Of a stretch of 64,000 bases of DNA, positions 46,544 through 55,695 are shown in pieces. Position 1 is the stretch's first letter, and each line of letters starts with the position of its first letter. The notes under the pieces were generated by a model. The model had not been told where the DNA came from, did not search any database, and worked only from the letters and a program-made list of their open reading frames with translations. Both the position numbers and the translations under genes were made by a program. The DNA is taken from sequence record NC_071015.1. One strand, given 5' to 3'.

Positions 46544-47965
46544 TTATTTACCCAACTCTTTCAAGTTGTAAACGCGCAGATTAGCAATGCTGTTGGAATG
46601 TATGTAGTCAAAGTCAGGAGTGCTGACAATGGTACAATAACTCACACCGGCTTCGTCATTAAAGTCCAAAGCCAAATACACTTTAATGTCTTCAACCTTT
46701 GACGTAATCAAGCTGTTCAATGCATTACGTTCTGGTGTGTCGTATTTGATTGCCAGGTTAATGGTAACCGGTTTAACACAACCAGGAGCGTTAATGGTGA
46801 TTGGAACCTTTAACGTGTTGTTGGTGAAGTCCGGATGGATTTTCCACTTACCCTTCGGATCTTTCACAAAGAACGTGTCAGTGATATCCACAAACTTATT
46901 CTTCTGGTACTCGCCATTTGCATCGCGTTTACGGAAGAAGGTGTAGATAAGGTTCAGCTTGTGATGGAAGTCCCGGATGCGATAACTTAATCCCGGCGGA
47001 TCAATATACTCGACCAGCACGGCATCCTCGGTGTTTCCCACTGTCATCGGGGCAATCAACTCTTTCTTTCCAAAGGTTCCCGGAATCGTATCAATGATTC
47101 GAGCAATCTCTTTGGATTTGATAAAGTTAAGGTTACCCGCACTCATGATGTTGTATGGATTGGCTTTGTTCTTTTGACAGAACGTGAACAGCTTATCCAG
47201 TACCAGAATCGGCTCTTTGGTGTAGAGAGCTGAATAGTAAACATCAGGAGTTGCTTTACCGTAATAGTTTTTATCCGGGTCAACGCGCCCGAACGTATAC
47301 TTACGATAACCCAGTTCATCAACATCGAAGAAGTCTGACGTATCTCCGGTATTGAAGTACCATCGTGTCGCACTCACTAACTTATTGAACTCAATCTCTG
47401 GATCTTTATAAGCTTTCAGATCCAGCTTGTCCAACACTACAATAGGTGAAGCCGGGAGCTCACACAACGCCGTGGCAATTTCCAGTTGTTTGTGTGCAAC
47501 CTTTGGACCTTCTCCGCCCTTGGCATAATACTCGATATCAAGAACGATATCTTTTTTATGTGTTTCATAAAGAGCGTTGATACGGCCAAAAAGTTCTGCA
47601 TTAAAGCTCTCTGGAGCGCGGCCAGCCGAGAGCATTTTGTGCCCTTTGGTACTGTTCGTAATTACCAGAAGCTTATCGCCGTCCTTCTTAGTCTTGAGCC
47701 ATTCAGTAATGATTAGCTCCAGATGAAGAAGAAATGCCTCGGTTTCATTCGCCTGATTTAAAACGCGCCCATTATAAATATCGACTTGATCCACTGCGAT
47801 ACTTTGATAGTTCCCGTTCACGAAATATCCGTAAACGGATGGCGCATCCTTCTTCAGCATGCGTTTACTCTCATTGGCAGGATCGTAAGAATATCCATGT
47901 CCTCCGGATAGTCCGACATTCTTGTCTTTGAGAAATGAACTTACGATGTAATAGACGATGTTCAT
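46544..47965 (-). CDS. RNase H-like protein (phiKZ gp155-like), catalytic residues apparently degenerate
   Basis: 473 aa; SGGHGYSY, ANETEAF, VITNS; position before the gp157-like gene. Confidence 0.65.
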   Translation of the reverse strand: MNIVYYIVSSFLKDKNVGLSGGHGYSYDPANESKRMLKKDAPSVYGYFVNGNYQSIAVDQVDIYNGRVLNQANETEAFLLHLELIITEWLKTKKDGDKLLVITNSTKGHKMLSAGRAPESFNAELFGRINALYETHKKDIVLDIEYYAKGGEGPKVAHKQLEIATALCELPASPIVVLDKLDLKAYKDPEIEFNKLVSATRWYFNTGDTSDFFDVDELGYRKYTFGRVDPDKNYYGKATPDVYYSALYTKEPILVLDKLFTFCQKNKANPYNIMSAGNLNFIKSKEIARIIDTIPGTFGKKELIAPMTVGNTEDAVLVEYIDPPGLSYRIRDFHHKLNLIYTFFRKRDANGEYQKNKFVDITDTFFVKDPKGKWKIHPDFTNNTLKVPITINAPGCVKPVTINLAIKYDTPERNALNSLITSKVEDIKVYLALDFNDEAGVSYCTIVSTPDFDYIHSNSIANLRVYNLKELGK

Positions 47966-48022
47966 TATTATTTATACCTGACGTTTTGTTATTTAACAAC
48001 TAATGGACGTCCTTGTCTTATT

Positions 48023-48442
48023 TTATTTCTTCTTGTTGCTCATCAGTTCAAGCTGAAGTTTGAGCCGTCTGTTTTCCTGCTCTACTTCATCCTTGCTTTT
48101 GAGGATAACGAGAATGTCGGCACGCATATCTTTGTTCTCATTAGAGAGTCGCATGATAGTCGTGTACTGTTCGCCGTTAATGCGAAACAGTTGGTTCATA
48201 TTCTCTTGCTGTGTTCCCATGAAGGTATCGATCTTTTCAACAGACTTTTCCAGATCGGCCATGTACCAGCCGGTTACTAAATATTTGGAGGTCATCGTTG
48301 CTGCTAAGATCATCGCCATCAGGCTAAACAATAAAGTTTTCCTGAGCAGGTGCTCAATTCTTTCTTCATTGGTGTCGCCTTTGGATACGCGGATCAGGTA
48401 ACTAATTAGCCTGTTTGTTAGTTCCCTAAGAAAAATATTCAT
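48023..48442 (-). CDS. single-TM, coiled-coil protein
   Basis: 139 aa; TM near residues 36-58, helical C-terminus. Confidence 0.7.
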   Translation of the reverse strand: MNIFLRELTNRLISYLIRVSKGDTNEERIEHLLRKTLLFSLMAMILAATMTSKYLVTGWYMADLEKSVEKIDTFMGTQQENMNQLFRINGEQYTTIMRLSNENKDMRADILVILKSKDEVEQENRRLKLQLELMSNKKK

Positions 48443-48496
48443 TGCTGTGTACCACCGCTATAAGTTATGATTTATAATAGCTAAAAGGTTTCAAAT

Positions 48497-49825
48497 ATGT
48501 CAACAAACTTATATAGTTGCTTTGGCGTTTTTCATGATCTTATTATCAATGGTTCAACTTCTGCAATTGGCGAGCTGACCAATAATACGATTACGTATGC
48601 TAAAGAACCCGATCTCTATTTTGGAGATGGTAAGTGTGACTTATGGTCTTTCCGTGGTGTATCTCAAACATCAAAATACGAGAAGATCCCTCAAACTCAC
48701 GCTACCCCTGTTCTTGCCATGTTAAGTTGGTTGTACACTCAGGCTGTACAAAATAAAACAACCAACTCGTCACAATCCTGTCTGCAGCTGCTGAAAGCAA
48801 GTTACACAACCGGATGGACCTGGAAGGACGTTAGCACCATGGTAACCAATAACAGTATCTGGTTACCGTCTAGCATTAATTTCACTTATACCGCCAGTGG
48901 TGTAACACACGAATTCAAGATCTGGTTTGCTAACGAGTATTTTGAAGTAGAATTCCCGTATCGCGAAATTTATGTCATCCACCCAATTCCAATTGATGAC
49001 ATTGATTTCTTGGCGGAGAATAACTTTAAACAGGTTAAAGCGCGCTTGCAATCAGAGACTACTGCAATGATCGAAGCACGCGTTAAGAAACTGTTGGGAG
49101 ACAAATATCCCCCATATAGTGCACGCGAAATCTTTACGTTCGATGTGTACGATCGTATCAACGTCGGTAACTTTAATCCGGCCGATTGGACGGTTATTTA
49201 TTATGGTAACCCGAACGATGCAGAAGAAGAGACTTACGAAGCAATTAAAGCCTGCATCCTGAGTCACTCCGATCACACCGAAGACGAGTGGGCTGACATC
49301 ATCCCCGATCTGTTTAACCCGCTAGAGTTTTCTTGCGTTCCTTATTGGAATGAAATCGGTATTGAGAACGAAAGTGTTACCGGTTCTACGTACAGTCCGA
49401 TCTTCACATATAAAGGTGGAGATACACTGCCGAAGACATACGGGCTGCTTTGGGAAGGTGACGACGTCATAAAATCACTGCAAATCGTTCCGGACCTCTA
49501 CAAGTCAATTAAACTGGGCTTTGTGGGGAAACCGAAAAATCACAATAACCGGATCCATATCACGGATATCTTCCCGGATTACCAGTTGATTCCTGCTGCC
49601 GATTCTCAGGCAGGGATGATGTCTAAACTGACCAGTGAGTTCATTAAAGACATCGAAGGGATGATTGCTGCTGGGGAAACGGTAACACCAGACGGGATGC
49701 CACCGAAAGGCATTCAACGTGTGATCAAAAACGGTAAACTTTATATTACGCGCCGTACAGCGAAAGTGAAGATTACCATGATCTCTCGTTACCAGTTCGT
49801 CAAAGATGGAGTCATTGTTGAATGA
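48497..49825 (+). CDS. virion structural protein (phiKZ gp157 / SPN3US gp203-like)
   Basis: 442 aa; IGELT...TYAKEP, FKIWFAN...F, PDLF-x-x-x-EF-x-x-VP-x-W. Confidence 0.7.
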   Translation: MSTNLYSCFGVFHDLIINGSTSAIGELTNNTITYAKEPDLYFGDGKCDLWSFRGVSQTSKYEKIPQTHATPVLAMLSWLYTQAVQNKTTNSSQSCLQLLKASYTTGWTWKDVSTMVTNNSIWLPSSINFTYTASGVTHEFKIWFANEYFEVEFPYREIYVIHPIPIDDIDFLAENNFKQVKARLQSETTAMIEARVKKLLGDKYPPYSAREIFTFDVYDRINVGNFNPADWTVIYYGNPNDAEEETYEAIKACILSHSDHTEDEWADIIPDLFNPLEFSCVPYWNEIGIENESVTGSTYSPIFTYKGGDTLPKTYGLLWEGDDVIKSLQIVPDLYKSIKLGFVGKPKNHNNRIHITDIFPDYQLIPAADSQAGMMSKLTSEFIKDIEGMIAAGETVTPDGMPPKGIQRVIKNGKLYITRRTAKVKITMISRYQFVKDGVIVE

Positions 49826-50451
49826 GTGAAAACATCATCCCAGCAGTATGGGCAGCGGGGAAGTTTGAAGCAGAAGCGCCGTTTAACCAGATTGTAAAGG
49901 CTGATGCGTATTACACTGTTGAGGCGGTACGTACCGTCAGTGAGATGTTGGCACTGAAGGTTGACTTGTATAAGTTGGTATTTCAACCGGCTGGGGTAGC
50001 ACAAGAGAATTATCAGGATTTGCTTGATAATGCCAAATCGTTAAATGCAGTGGTCATTACTTTAACCAGTAAAAATGCTGCGCCGGTTTATGTGTTGTCC
50101 AATTACCTTAAATCGTTTCCATTAGTCGATGGGGTAATTTACGAACGAGTTTGTATCATTGCCGATTTGGGTGCTTGCCCCCCTACGCTGAAAGACCGTA
50201 TTAACTCGGCGACCGATCACTTCAAGAATTACCTTAAAGATTCTGTTGGGATTGCCAATGCCCGTGTTACTATCGGTACCGTTCCACAACGTGCTTACGT
50301 TTCTAAAGAACAAGCACAGATCTGGGAAAACAGCCGACAGCTTGCCATTACGTCTGAACCATCAGATTTACTCAATCTGGAAACAGCTAACAAAACGATC
50401 ATTGCTCAACGAGCATATATCACCCAGCTAGAAAATCAGCTAAAAAAATAA
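49822..50451 (+). CDS. virion structural protein (SPN3US gp202-like)
   Basis: 209 aa coupled to the upstream gene; GKFEAEAPF...YTVEAVR. Confidence 0.65.
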   Translation: MSENIIPAVWAAGKFEAEAPFNQIVKADAYYTVEAVRTVSEMLALKVDLYKLVFQPAGVAQENYQDLLDNAKSLNAVVITLTSKNAAPVYVLSNYLKSFPLVDGVIYERVCIIADLGACPPTLKDRINSATDHFKNYLKDSVGIANARVTIGTVPQRAYVSKEQAQIWENSRQLAITSEPSDLLNLETANKTIIAQRAYITQLENQLKK

Positions 50452-50463
50452 ATAAGTCATACT

Positions 50464-50492
50464 CCTCTACTCTCCCGATGGGAGAGTAGAGG
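50464..50492. terminator. bidirectional terminator
   Basis: CCTCTACTCTCCC-GAT-GGGAGAGTAGAGG followed by TTATGTTTG. Confidence 0.9.
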
Positions 50493-50501
50493 TTATGTTT
50501 G

Positions 50502-51143
50502 TTAATGCAATTTTGGCGAGACCATCGCAAGCGTAATTTGTTCTAACACAAGGTTAGACTTTACCTTTATCCGGTCTTTATACAAATCCCAGCTTCCCAG
50601 TTCGTTGGTTTGAATGAGGTAGTTATTGCACAGGGTGTAAATTTCTCCCATTGCAAAACTGATTCGATCCAACACTTTAAGGATAGCACGGCGGGCTTTA
50701 CTTCCTTTTGATAACAAGAAGGTAAAGTGACGTGCCATGATCCCTTTCTTAAGGTGGGCCAGGAAATGGTCAAAATGACTTTCATTAGGATCTTCAATGC
50801 TCAGTTCTTTCCACTGGATGTGGAGCGTGAAGCAATTCTTGCGAAACTGATCAGGTGACCAATACTCAAGATATACCCCACGGTTATCGGCAAACATAAA
50901 GATTACCGATGATTTAACAATAGAAACACACAACTTCTTTAATCCCTGGGGGTCGATACATAATGTCCCTGGAATCTTTGTTTCGATTAACGCAACGTCC
51001 ATTGCATTAGCTGACTCAGTGGAATTGAAGAGACTATAAAAGCCATCTACATTCACGTCCAATTTTCTAACGTTGTTTGTTAGAACTAGAGAGGGAGCTT
51101 CATGTACTTCCCGCCCTATTAACGTACCGACATAATCGTACAT
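50502..51143 (-). CDS. hypothetical protein
   Basis: 213 aa. Confidence 0.75.
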   Translation of the reverse strand: MYDYVGTLIGREVHEAPSLVLTNNVRKLDVNVDGFYSLFNSTESANAMDVALIETKIPGTLCIDPQGLKKLCVSIVKSSVIFMFADNRGVYLEYWSPDQFRKNCFTLHIQWKELSIEDPNESHFDHFLAHLKKGIMARHFTFLLSKGSKARRAILKVLDRISFAMGEIYTLCNNYLIQTNELGSWDLYKDRIKVKSNLVLEQITLAMVSPKLH

Positions 51144-51157
51144 TACCCTGTTCCTTA

Positions 51158-51955
51158 TTAAAAGAGATTACGACGAGCTTTTGGTCCAGCATAAGGACTG
51201 TTTTGTCTTTTACTCGCAGCACGAATGGTAGCTAACCGATTATGGATTTGTTCAGGAGATTGAGATCCGAACAAAACGTCAATCGGGGCTTTAGAGGGTT
51301 CTTCTTTAGAGACTACCGCAACCTTCTCTTTCTTTTTCTTAGCACGAACACTGGCTTCTTCTTTTGCAGTGTGGCGTGCAATATGATCAAGTTGTTGCTT
51401 GCGGACCACTTCGTCGTAAACGATGGCATTGAGTTGGAAGTTAAACACAATGACTTCATCCGCGGTACGATCCAGATTAAAGTGCATCGAGAGATTACCA
51501 TACTTGGTTCCCAACGCCGCTTCCATGAGATCATGTTCATTGAAGTAGTTTCGATCATTGGCAGGAATGTCGGCGTAGTAATCGTTCTTGATCAACCGGA
51601 TACGTTCAAGATCAATAAGGTCTGTGATGTCGGCAGTTTTGTTAAAACTCGATTCACGGTTCTTACGATGACCTTCCGGATAGAACCCGCTAACGTACAG
51701 AAGGATAGGAGCACTGTCCAGGAACTTAGACTCCCCATTCCAACCACGTCCTACCCGCCAACTGGTGGCGATACGGAATTGAAAGAACTCTTTAGGATCG
51801 TACTCGTAATCCTTTCCATCGGTCATGGCGATGAAGAGATTAGTTTTGTAACGGTTCAGAACCTGGTTCAGTTCGTAGACATACTGAATCGGATCTTCAA
51901 ATTTTTTGCAGTCGCCCAGAGATATTTTTAAGGCGGAGATGATTTGGTTAATCAT
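51158..51955 (-). CDS. hypothetical protein
   Basis: Start reassigned to ATG 51955 (TAATG overlap); 265 aa. Confidence 0.8.
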   Translation of the reverse strand: MINQIISALKISLGDCKKFEDPIQYVYELNQVLNRYKTNLFIAMTDGKDYEYDPKEFFQFRIATSWRVGRGWNGESKFLDSAPILLYVSGFYPEGHRKNRESSFNKTADITDLIDLERIRLIKNDYYADIPANDRNYFNEHDLMEAALGTKYGNLSMHFNLDRTADEVIVFNFQLNAIVYDEVVRKQQLDHIARHTAKEEASVRAKKKKEKVAVVSKEEPSKAPIDVLFGSQSPEQIHNRLATIRAASKRQNSPYAGPKARRNLF

Positions 51956-52458
51956 TATAAACAATCCTTGATTGCACGAGAAAAAGATGCATAACCCAAA
52001 CGGGTTGCGCAATTACCATTTGGTCTAAATACTGACAGCAGGTTGTTGTAAAGATGGAAATTTAAATTACCTTTCTCTCGCTCAATCACCCCCTGAACAA
52101 TAGTAGGAAGATGAGAACGGATGATGGTAATCGCAATGTTCCTGTCACGGTTCGCCAAACGGTTGTTATCAAACGACAACAGTTTAGCAAAGATCAGCTG
52201 AACGACTTCCCAAATAGAAATGTTAGCTGGGATATCATGGAATTTCATTACCCGTGGTTTTTGACGACCGCCTTGCTTGAAGATCACCAACTGCACGTGA
52301 GTTTGGGAACCTTCTCGGACTACATACACTCCTTCTTCTAAAGGGATAACAGTATATGAACCTTCTTCGCCCTCAATGAGAGCACAGTCCCACGGTTCAC
52401 AAACACCGGCTTCATTAGCATCGACAATATTGCCGTTACGAAAAAGAAAGACGCTCAT
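51955..52458 (-). CDS. hypothetical protein
   Basis: 167 aa, coupled to both neighbours. Confidence 0.75.
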   Translation of the reverse strand: MSVFLFRNGNIVDANEAGVCEPWDCALIEGEEGSYTVIPLEEGVYVVREGSQTHVQLVIFKQGGRQKPRVMKFHDIPANISIWEVVQLIFAKLLSFDNNRLANRDRNIAITIIRSHLPTIVQGVIEREKGNLNFHLYNNLLSVFRPNGNCATRLGYASFSRAIKDCL

Positions 52459-52961
52459 ACGCTCACCACCAGAGTCACTTGACGGATGTTGCCTTTGCTT
52501 ACCTGCGGAGTGATCGCAAACGTGGCAAAGACTTTGCGGTTTTCCAGCTCAGTTTTGATTACGTGTTTGATCTTCTCAATAATGTCCGCATCGGTTAACG
52601 GTTCGGCGTCTTCGAACATCAATGTCATGTCAGTATAGGAAATGGCTTCTTGAACTGCTTCGAAGATTACTTCGTTTAACGGAGCGAAATTATAGTTCTT
52701 CCCTTCTTCGAGAACTGTCACCACATTGTTCACTGGGACAGGACGATCATCCACTTTCTTGTTGATCTTTAAATCCACTTGCCCGGCAACGCTAAATGCC
52801 TGTTCGTGGTTTCCTACCACTAACGTGTGAGTCAGGTATACCGTAATTGCGTGGTTTTTATCCACGGTCTTTTCCCACTCAGCCTTATGATCTTGTAAAG
52901 CCTGAGGAAGTTTGCGGGTATAACCAACATGGCTATTTGTCTCTAGCAGTAACTTGAACAT
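52455..52961 (-). CDS. hypothetical protein
   Basis: Start ATG 52961 after AAGGAG; 168 aa. Confidence 0.8.
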   Translation of the reverse strand: MFKLLLETNSHVGYTRKLPQALQDHKAEWEKTVDKNHAITVYLTHTLVVGNHEQAFSVAGQVDLKINKKVDDRPVPVNNVVTVLEEGKNYNFAPLNEVIFEAVQEAISYTDMTLMFEDAEPLTDADIIEKIKHVIKTELENRKVFATFAITPQVSKGNIRQVTLVVSV

Positions 52962-53030
52962 TTGTCTCTCCTTGATGAATAAATAAAGTGTGTACAAAGT
53001 AATTATGTCAGCCTAAAAAAATATACAAAT

Positions 53031-53059
53031 ATCTAAGGCAGGGTCTCCCCCACCTTAGA
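53031..53059 (-). terminator. intrinsic terminator
   Basis: ATCTAAGG...CCTTAGAT stem with inner GGG/CCC pairing, T tract downstream. Confidence 0.7.
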
Positions 53060-53068
53060 TAAATGAAA

Positions 53069-53845
53069 TTATTTCTTCTTAGAAGTTTGAGTAGTCACTT
53101 TTACCGGAGCTTCCGGCGCAGTGTTCTCTTCGGTCACTTCTTCTTCAGGCTTCTGTGCAGTCAGTGCACCGGTAGAGTCGTAGCTGGAAGCAACTTTCGG
53201 AGAAGCGGTGTTCTCGTATGGCTGATCGTTTACTACGTTCTCACCCGCTTCAGCGCGAGCACGGATCTGTTCCAGCGGGCTGTCGGTTTTCGCGATCTGC
53301 TGACGTTGGATGTAAGACAGCAGAATACGACCAGCAACAACAGAGTGATCGATGTCAACGTGCCCATCCGCTTTCAGCTCTTCGTTGCGGGCGTCATACA
53401 CGGTGGTTTTGAACGCATCAACCGGAATTTCAAAACCGGTGAGTTTCAGTGCTTCAAAGATATTGGAATCTTTTTCAACAACCAGGTGGATGTTGTCGCT
53501 ACCTTCAACGAAGTACACACCAGCTACACTGATCAGATCCAGAGAAGACTTCTGTGCCATCCCCTGAATTACCGCAGCAGTCAGGGCTTTGATGGTGCCG
53601 GTGTTGTAAGTCAGCTTGGTGATCTGGAAGCCGCGAGATTTGCAGGTCATGGTGGTTTGCCATTTACCGCCAGTCAACGCAGAGTTAAACGGTTTGGTAA
53701 AGGTAACTTCCGATTCGGAAAGACCTTTGTAATACTTTTCTTGTTTGGCGATCAGTTCGGCATCACCGCTCGCATACGCAGCCTGAAGTTTAGACTTTGC
53801 TACCAGGTCTACCAGGTATTGCATAATGGTTGGAGTTTTGGTCAT
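53069..53845 (-). CDS. hypothetical protein, probably abundant or structural
   Basis: 258 aa from ATG 53845; highly biased codons; monocistronic between terminators. Confidence 0.8.
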   Translation of the reverse strand: MTKTPTIMQYLVDLVAKSKLQAAYASGDAELIAKQEKYYKGLSESEVTFTKPFNSALTGGKWQTTMTCKSRGFQITKLTYNTGTIKALTAAVIQGMAQKSSLDLISVAGVYFVEGSDNIHLVVEKDSNIFEALKLTGFEIPVDAFKTTVYDARNEELKADGHVDIDHSVVAGRILLSYIQRQQIAKTDSPLEQIRARAEAGENVVNDQPYENTASPKVASSYDSTGALTAQKPEEEVTEENTAPEAPVKVTTQTSKKK

Positions 53846-53947
53846 TTTATATTCCATCAAATAACAAATGAATGGTTCTCTTACTCAGTAAGAGTAACCC
53901 GAAGTACCTTCATAGGATAAAACAAAAAAAATAAACAAAATAATAAC

Positions 53948-53967
53948 GGCTACCCCGAAGGGCAGCC
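53948..53967 (-). terminator. intrinsic terminator
   Basis: GGCTGCCC-TTCG-GGGTAGCC followed by GTTATTATTTT. Confidence 0.85.
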
Positions 53968-53973
53968 ATTATG

Positions 53974-54396
53974 TTATTCGCCGCTGGACAGGTTACCAGG
54001 GAAGTAGTCAGCAACGATACGACCTGCGGTCATACCGACGAAGGCAGTCAGCGCACCGTTACATGCGGCCAGGCCAGTTGTCTGTGGGGCAATGTCCAGA
54101 ACCTTATGGGTTACCATAAGAGTACCGGTACAAGCGATAGCGGCTGCTGTTGCAGAAGCTACAGAGCCGGTCGGAGATGCAACTTCCAGACCTACTGCAA
54201 TGCTTGCGCCGATCAGACCGCCGATCAGGTTTTTGTTATCCTGATGCCACACACCGGTTTTCTCACGTTTCAGAGCGCTCATGATGACGTCGTTCAGAAT
54301 TGTGTCTGCACCTGATTCAACCGCTGCTTCGAATACTGCTTTCTTAACGTCTTCTGAAGTTGGCGCTTTGTTCATTTCGTTGTTTACGTTTTCCAT
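53974..54396 (-). CDS. early membrane protein with glycine-zipper helices
   Basis: 140 aa, RBS GAGGA; LIGGLIGASIAVG and further hydrophobic helices. Confidence 0.8.
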   Translation of the reverse strand: MENVNNEMNKAPTSEDVKKAVFEAAVESGADTILNDVIMSALKREKTGVWHQDNKNLIGGLIGASIAVGLEVASPTGSVASATAAAIACTGTLMVTHKVLDIAPQTTGLAACNGALTAFVGMTAGRIVADYFPGNLSSGE

Positions 54397-54436
54397 ATTT
54401 ATATCCTCTAAAGTGAAATTAAGTTTAAACTGTTTA

Positions 54437-54468
54437 GGTTTATCACTTTAGTAATATAGGCCTGAAAA
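54437..54468 (-). promoter_or_regulatory. putative early promoter
   Basis: TTTTCAGGCCTATATTACTAAAGTGATAAACC; 31/32 identical to 60833..60864; contains TATATTAC as in phiKZ early promoters. Confidence 0.85.
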
Positions 54469-54478
54469 CTTTTTCAAC

Positions 54479-55063
54479 TTAAAAGCGACTGGTTTTACCC
54501 AGCATGAAATGATTACGACACACCGACACATAGGTGTCGTTACCGCCTACCTGAACCTGATTCCCTTCGCGGACTACATATCCATCATCATCAACTCGGA
54601 GAACCATCGTGGCTGCACAACCGCACCAACAGATCGTTTTGAGTTGAATGAGTTTATTAGCAAGCTCGAATAACGCTGCAGATCCTGGGAACAGTTTCCC
54701 TTGGAAGTCAGTGCGTAATCCGTAAGCGATAACGGGGATTTCCAAATAGTCCACCACCATGGCTAATTGTTTCACCTGTTCTGCCGTCATGAATTGAGCT
54801 TCGTCAATAAAGACCGCGCTCGGCTTAACAGGGTCACGATGTTTAACCACGTAAGTGTACAGGTCTTCACCCGGGCCAAAAGTGACACACTCAACTTCAC
54901 TGCCTGTTCTGGAACGAATAACAGATCTGCCTTCTCGAGTATCAATTGCAGGCTTAAGAACAAGGGTTCGCATCCCACGCTCTTTATAGTTATAATTGGA
55001 CTGGATTAGTGCAGCAGATTTACCTGCATTCATGGTACTGTAATAGAAGTGCAAAGATGCCAT
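54479..55063 (-). CDS. tdk: thymidine kinase
   Basis: YSTMNAGKS, FIDEAQF, YGLRTDF, zinc motif CWCG...C. Confidence 0.97.
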   Translation of the reverse strand: MASLHFYYSTMNAGKSAALIQSNYNYKERGMRTLVLKPAIDTREGRSVIRSRTGSEVECVTFGPGEDLYTYVVKHRDPVKPSAVFIDEAQFMTAEQVKQLAMVVDYLEIPVIAYGLRTDFQGKLFPGSAALFELANKLIQLKTICWCGCAATMVLRVDDDGYVVREGNQVQVGGNDTYVSVCRNHFMLGKTSRF

Positions 55064-55078
55064 ACGGTCCTCAACGAG

Positions 55079-55354
55079 TTAAGAGACTAGATTCCAGATG
55101 TACTGTCCTGGAACACCAATCAAAATAAGCACATGGATAAAAGGTCTATCAAAAAGATCCTTCTTGATTTCAAAAATTATTTCACCGGTCCTGGCAACGA
55201 TAAGACCCATGCTAAAGTATGCGAATATGTAATACCCCTGAGCGAGAGCAAAACTCAGTACACCGATCATAAAGATTGTCGCAAGTAAGTTATCACAACC
55301 GAAAAACTTCTTACGGCCTTCACCTTTCGCTGCTGCCAACCTTTTAATGATCAT
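55079..55354 (-). CDS. small membrane protein
   Basis: 91 aa, 2-3 hydrophobic segments. Confidence 0.65.
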   Translation of the reverse strand: MIIKRLAAAKGEGRKKFFGCDNLLATIFMIGVLSFALAQGYYIFAYFSMGLIVARTGEIIFEIKKDLFDRPFIHVLILIGVPGQYIWNLVS

Positions 55355-55368
55355 GATCGACTCCTATG

Positions 55369-55635
55369 TCAACCGGAGGTCCCACCCTCCACTGTACTAT
55401 CAGCTGCATACTGTTCCTCGATTTGTAAACAAAAGTTTTCAACAACATCACAATCGAGATCAGGGCTGACCTCCCTTGCATGATACGTTATCAGATTCCC
55501 TTCTACCCTATATAAATGAAGGAGTTGACCTTCATGGAAGCACACGTACAGAATCTGGGATAATCTTACCATTATCCGAAACAGATCACCGTTCAAGTGC
55601 CTCTCTAGCTTTTGTTTAATCGATGAGAGTGTCAT
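55369..55635 (-). CDS. hypothetical protein
   Basis: 88 aa. Confidence 0.6.
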   Translation of the reverse strand: MTLSSIKQKLERHLNGDLFRIMVRLSQILYVCFHEGQLLHLYRVEGNLITYHAREVSPDLDCDVVENFCLQIEEQYAADSTVEGGTSG

Positions 55636-55661
55636 AACGAAAAAAATATAATTGAGGATAC

Positions 55662-55689
55662 CTGAGCTAGGGAGTTACCCCTAGCTCAG
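55662..55689 (-). terminator. intrinsic terminator
   Basis: 11-bp stem CTGAGCTAGGG/CCCTAGCTCAG. Confidence 0.8.
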
Positions 55690-55695
55690 TATCAG

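Noticed and set aside
48023-48442. i-spanin call for the single-TM coiled-coil protein
   Set aside because: Topology fits, but no embedded or adjacent lipoprotein (o-spanin) ORF was found; left as hypothetical
51242-51931. 229-aa plus-strand ORF, and similar antisense ORFs at 41441..42079, 15701..16291, 13747..14304, 11202..11771, 6609..7106 and 25929..26498
   Set aside because: Antisense to well-supported genes; explained by codon bias
53063-53920. 285-aa plus-strand ORF
   Set aside because: Exact antisense shadow of a strongly codon-biased gene; no RBS and implausible composition
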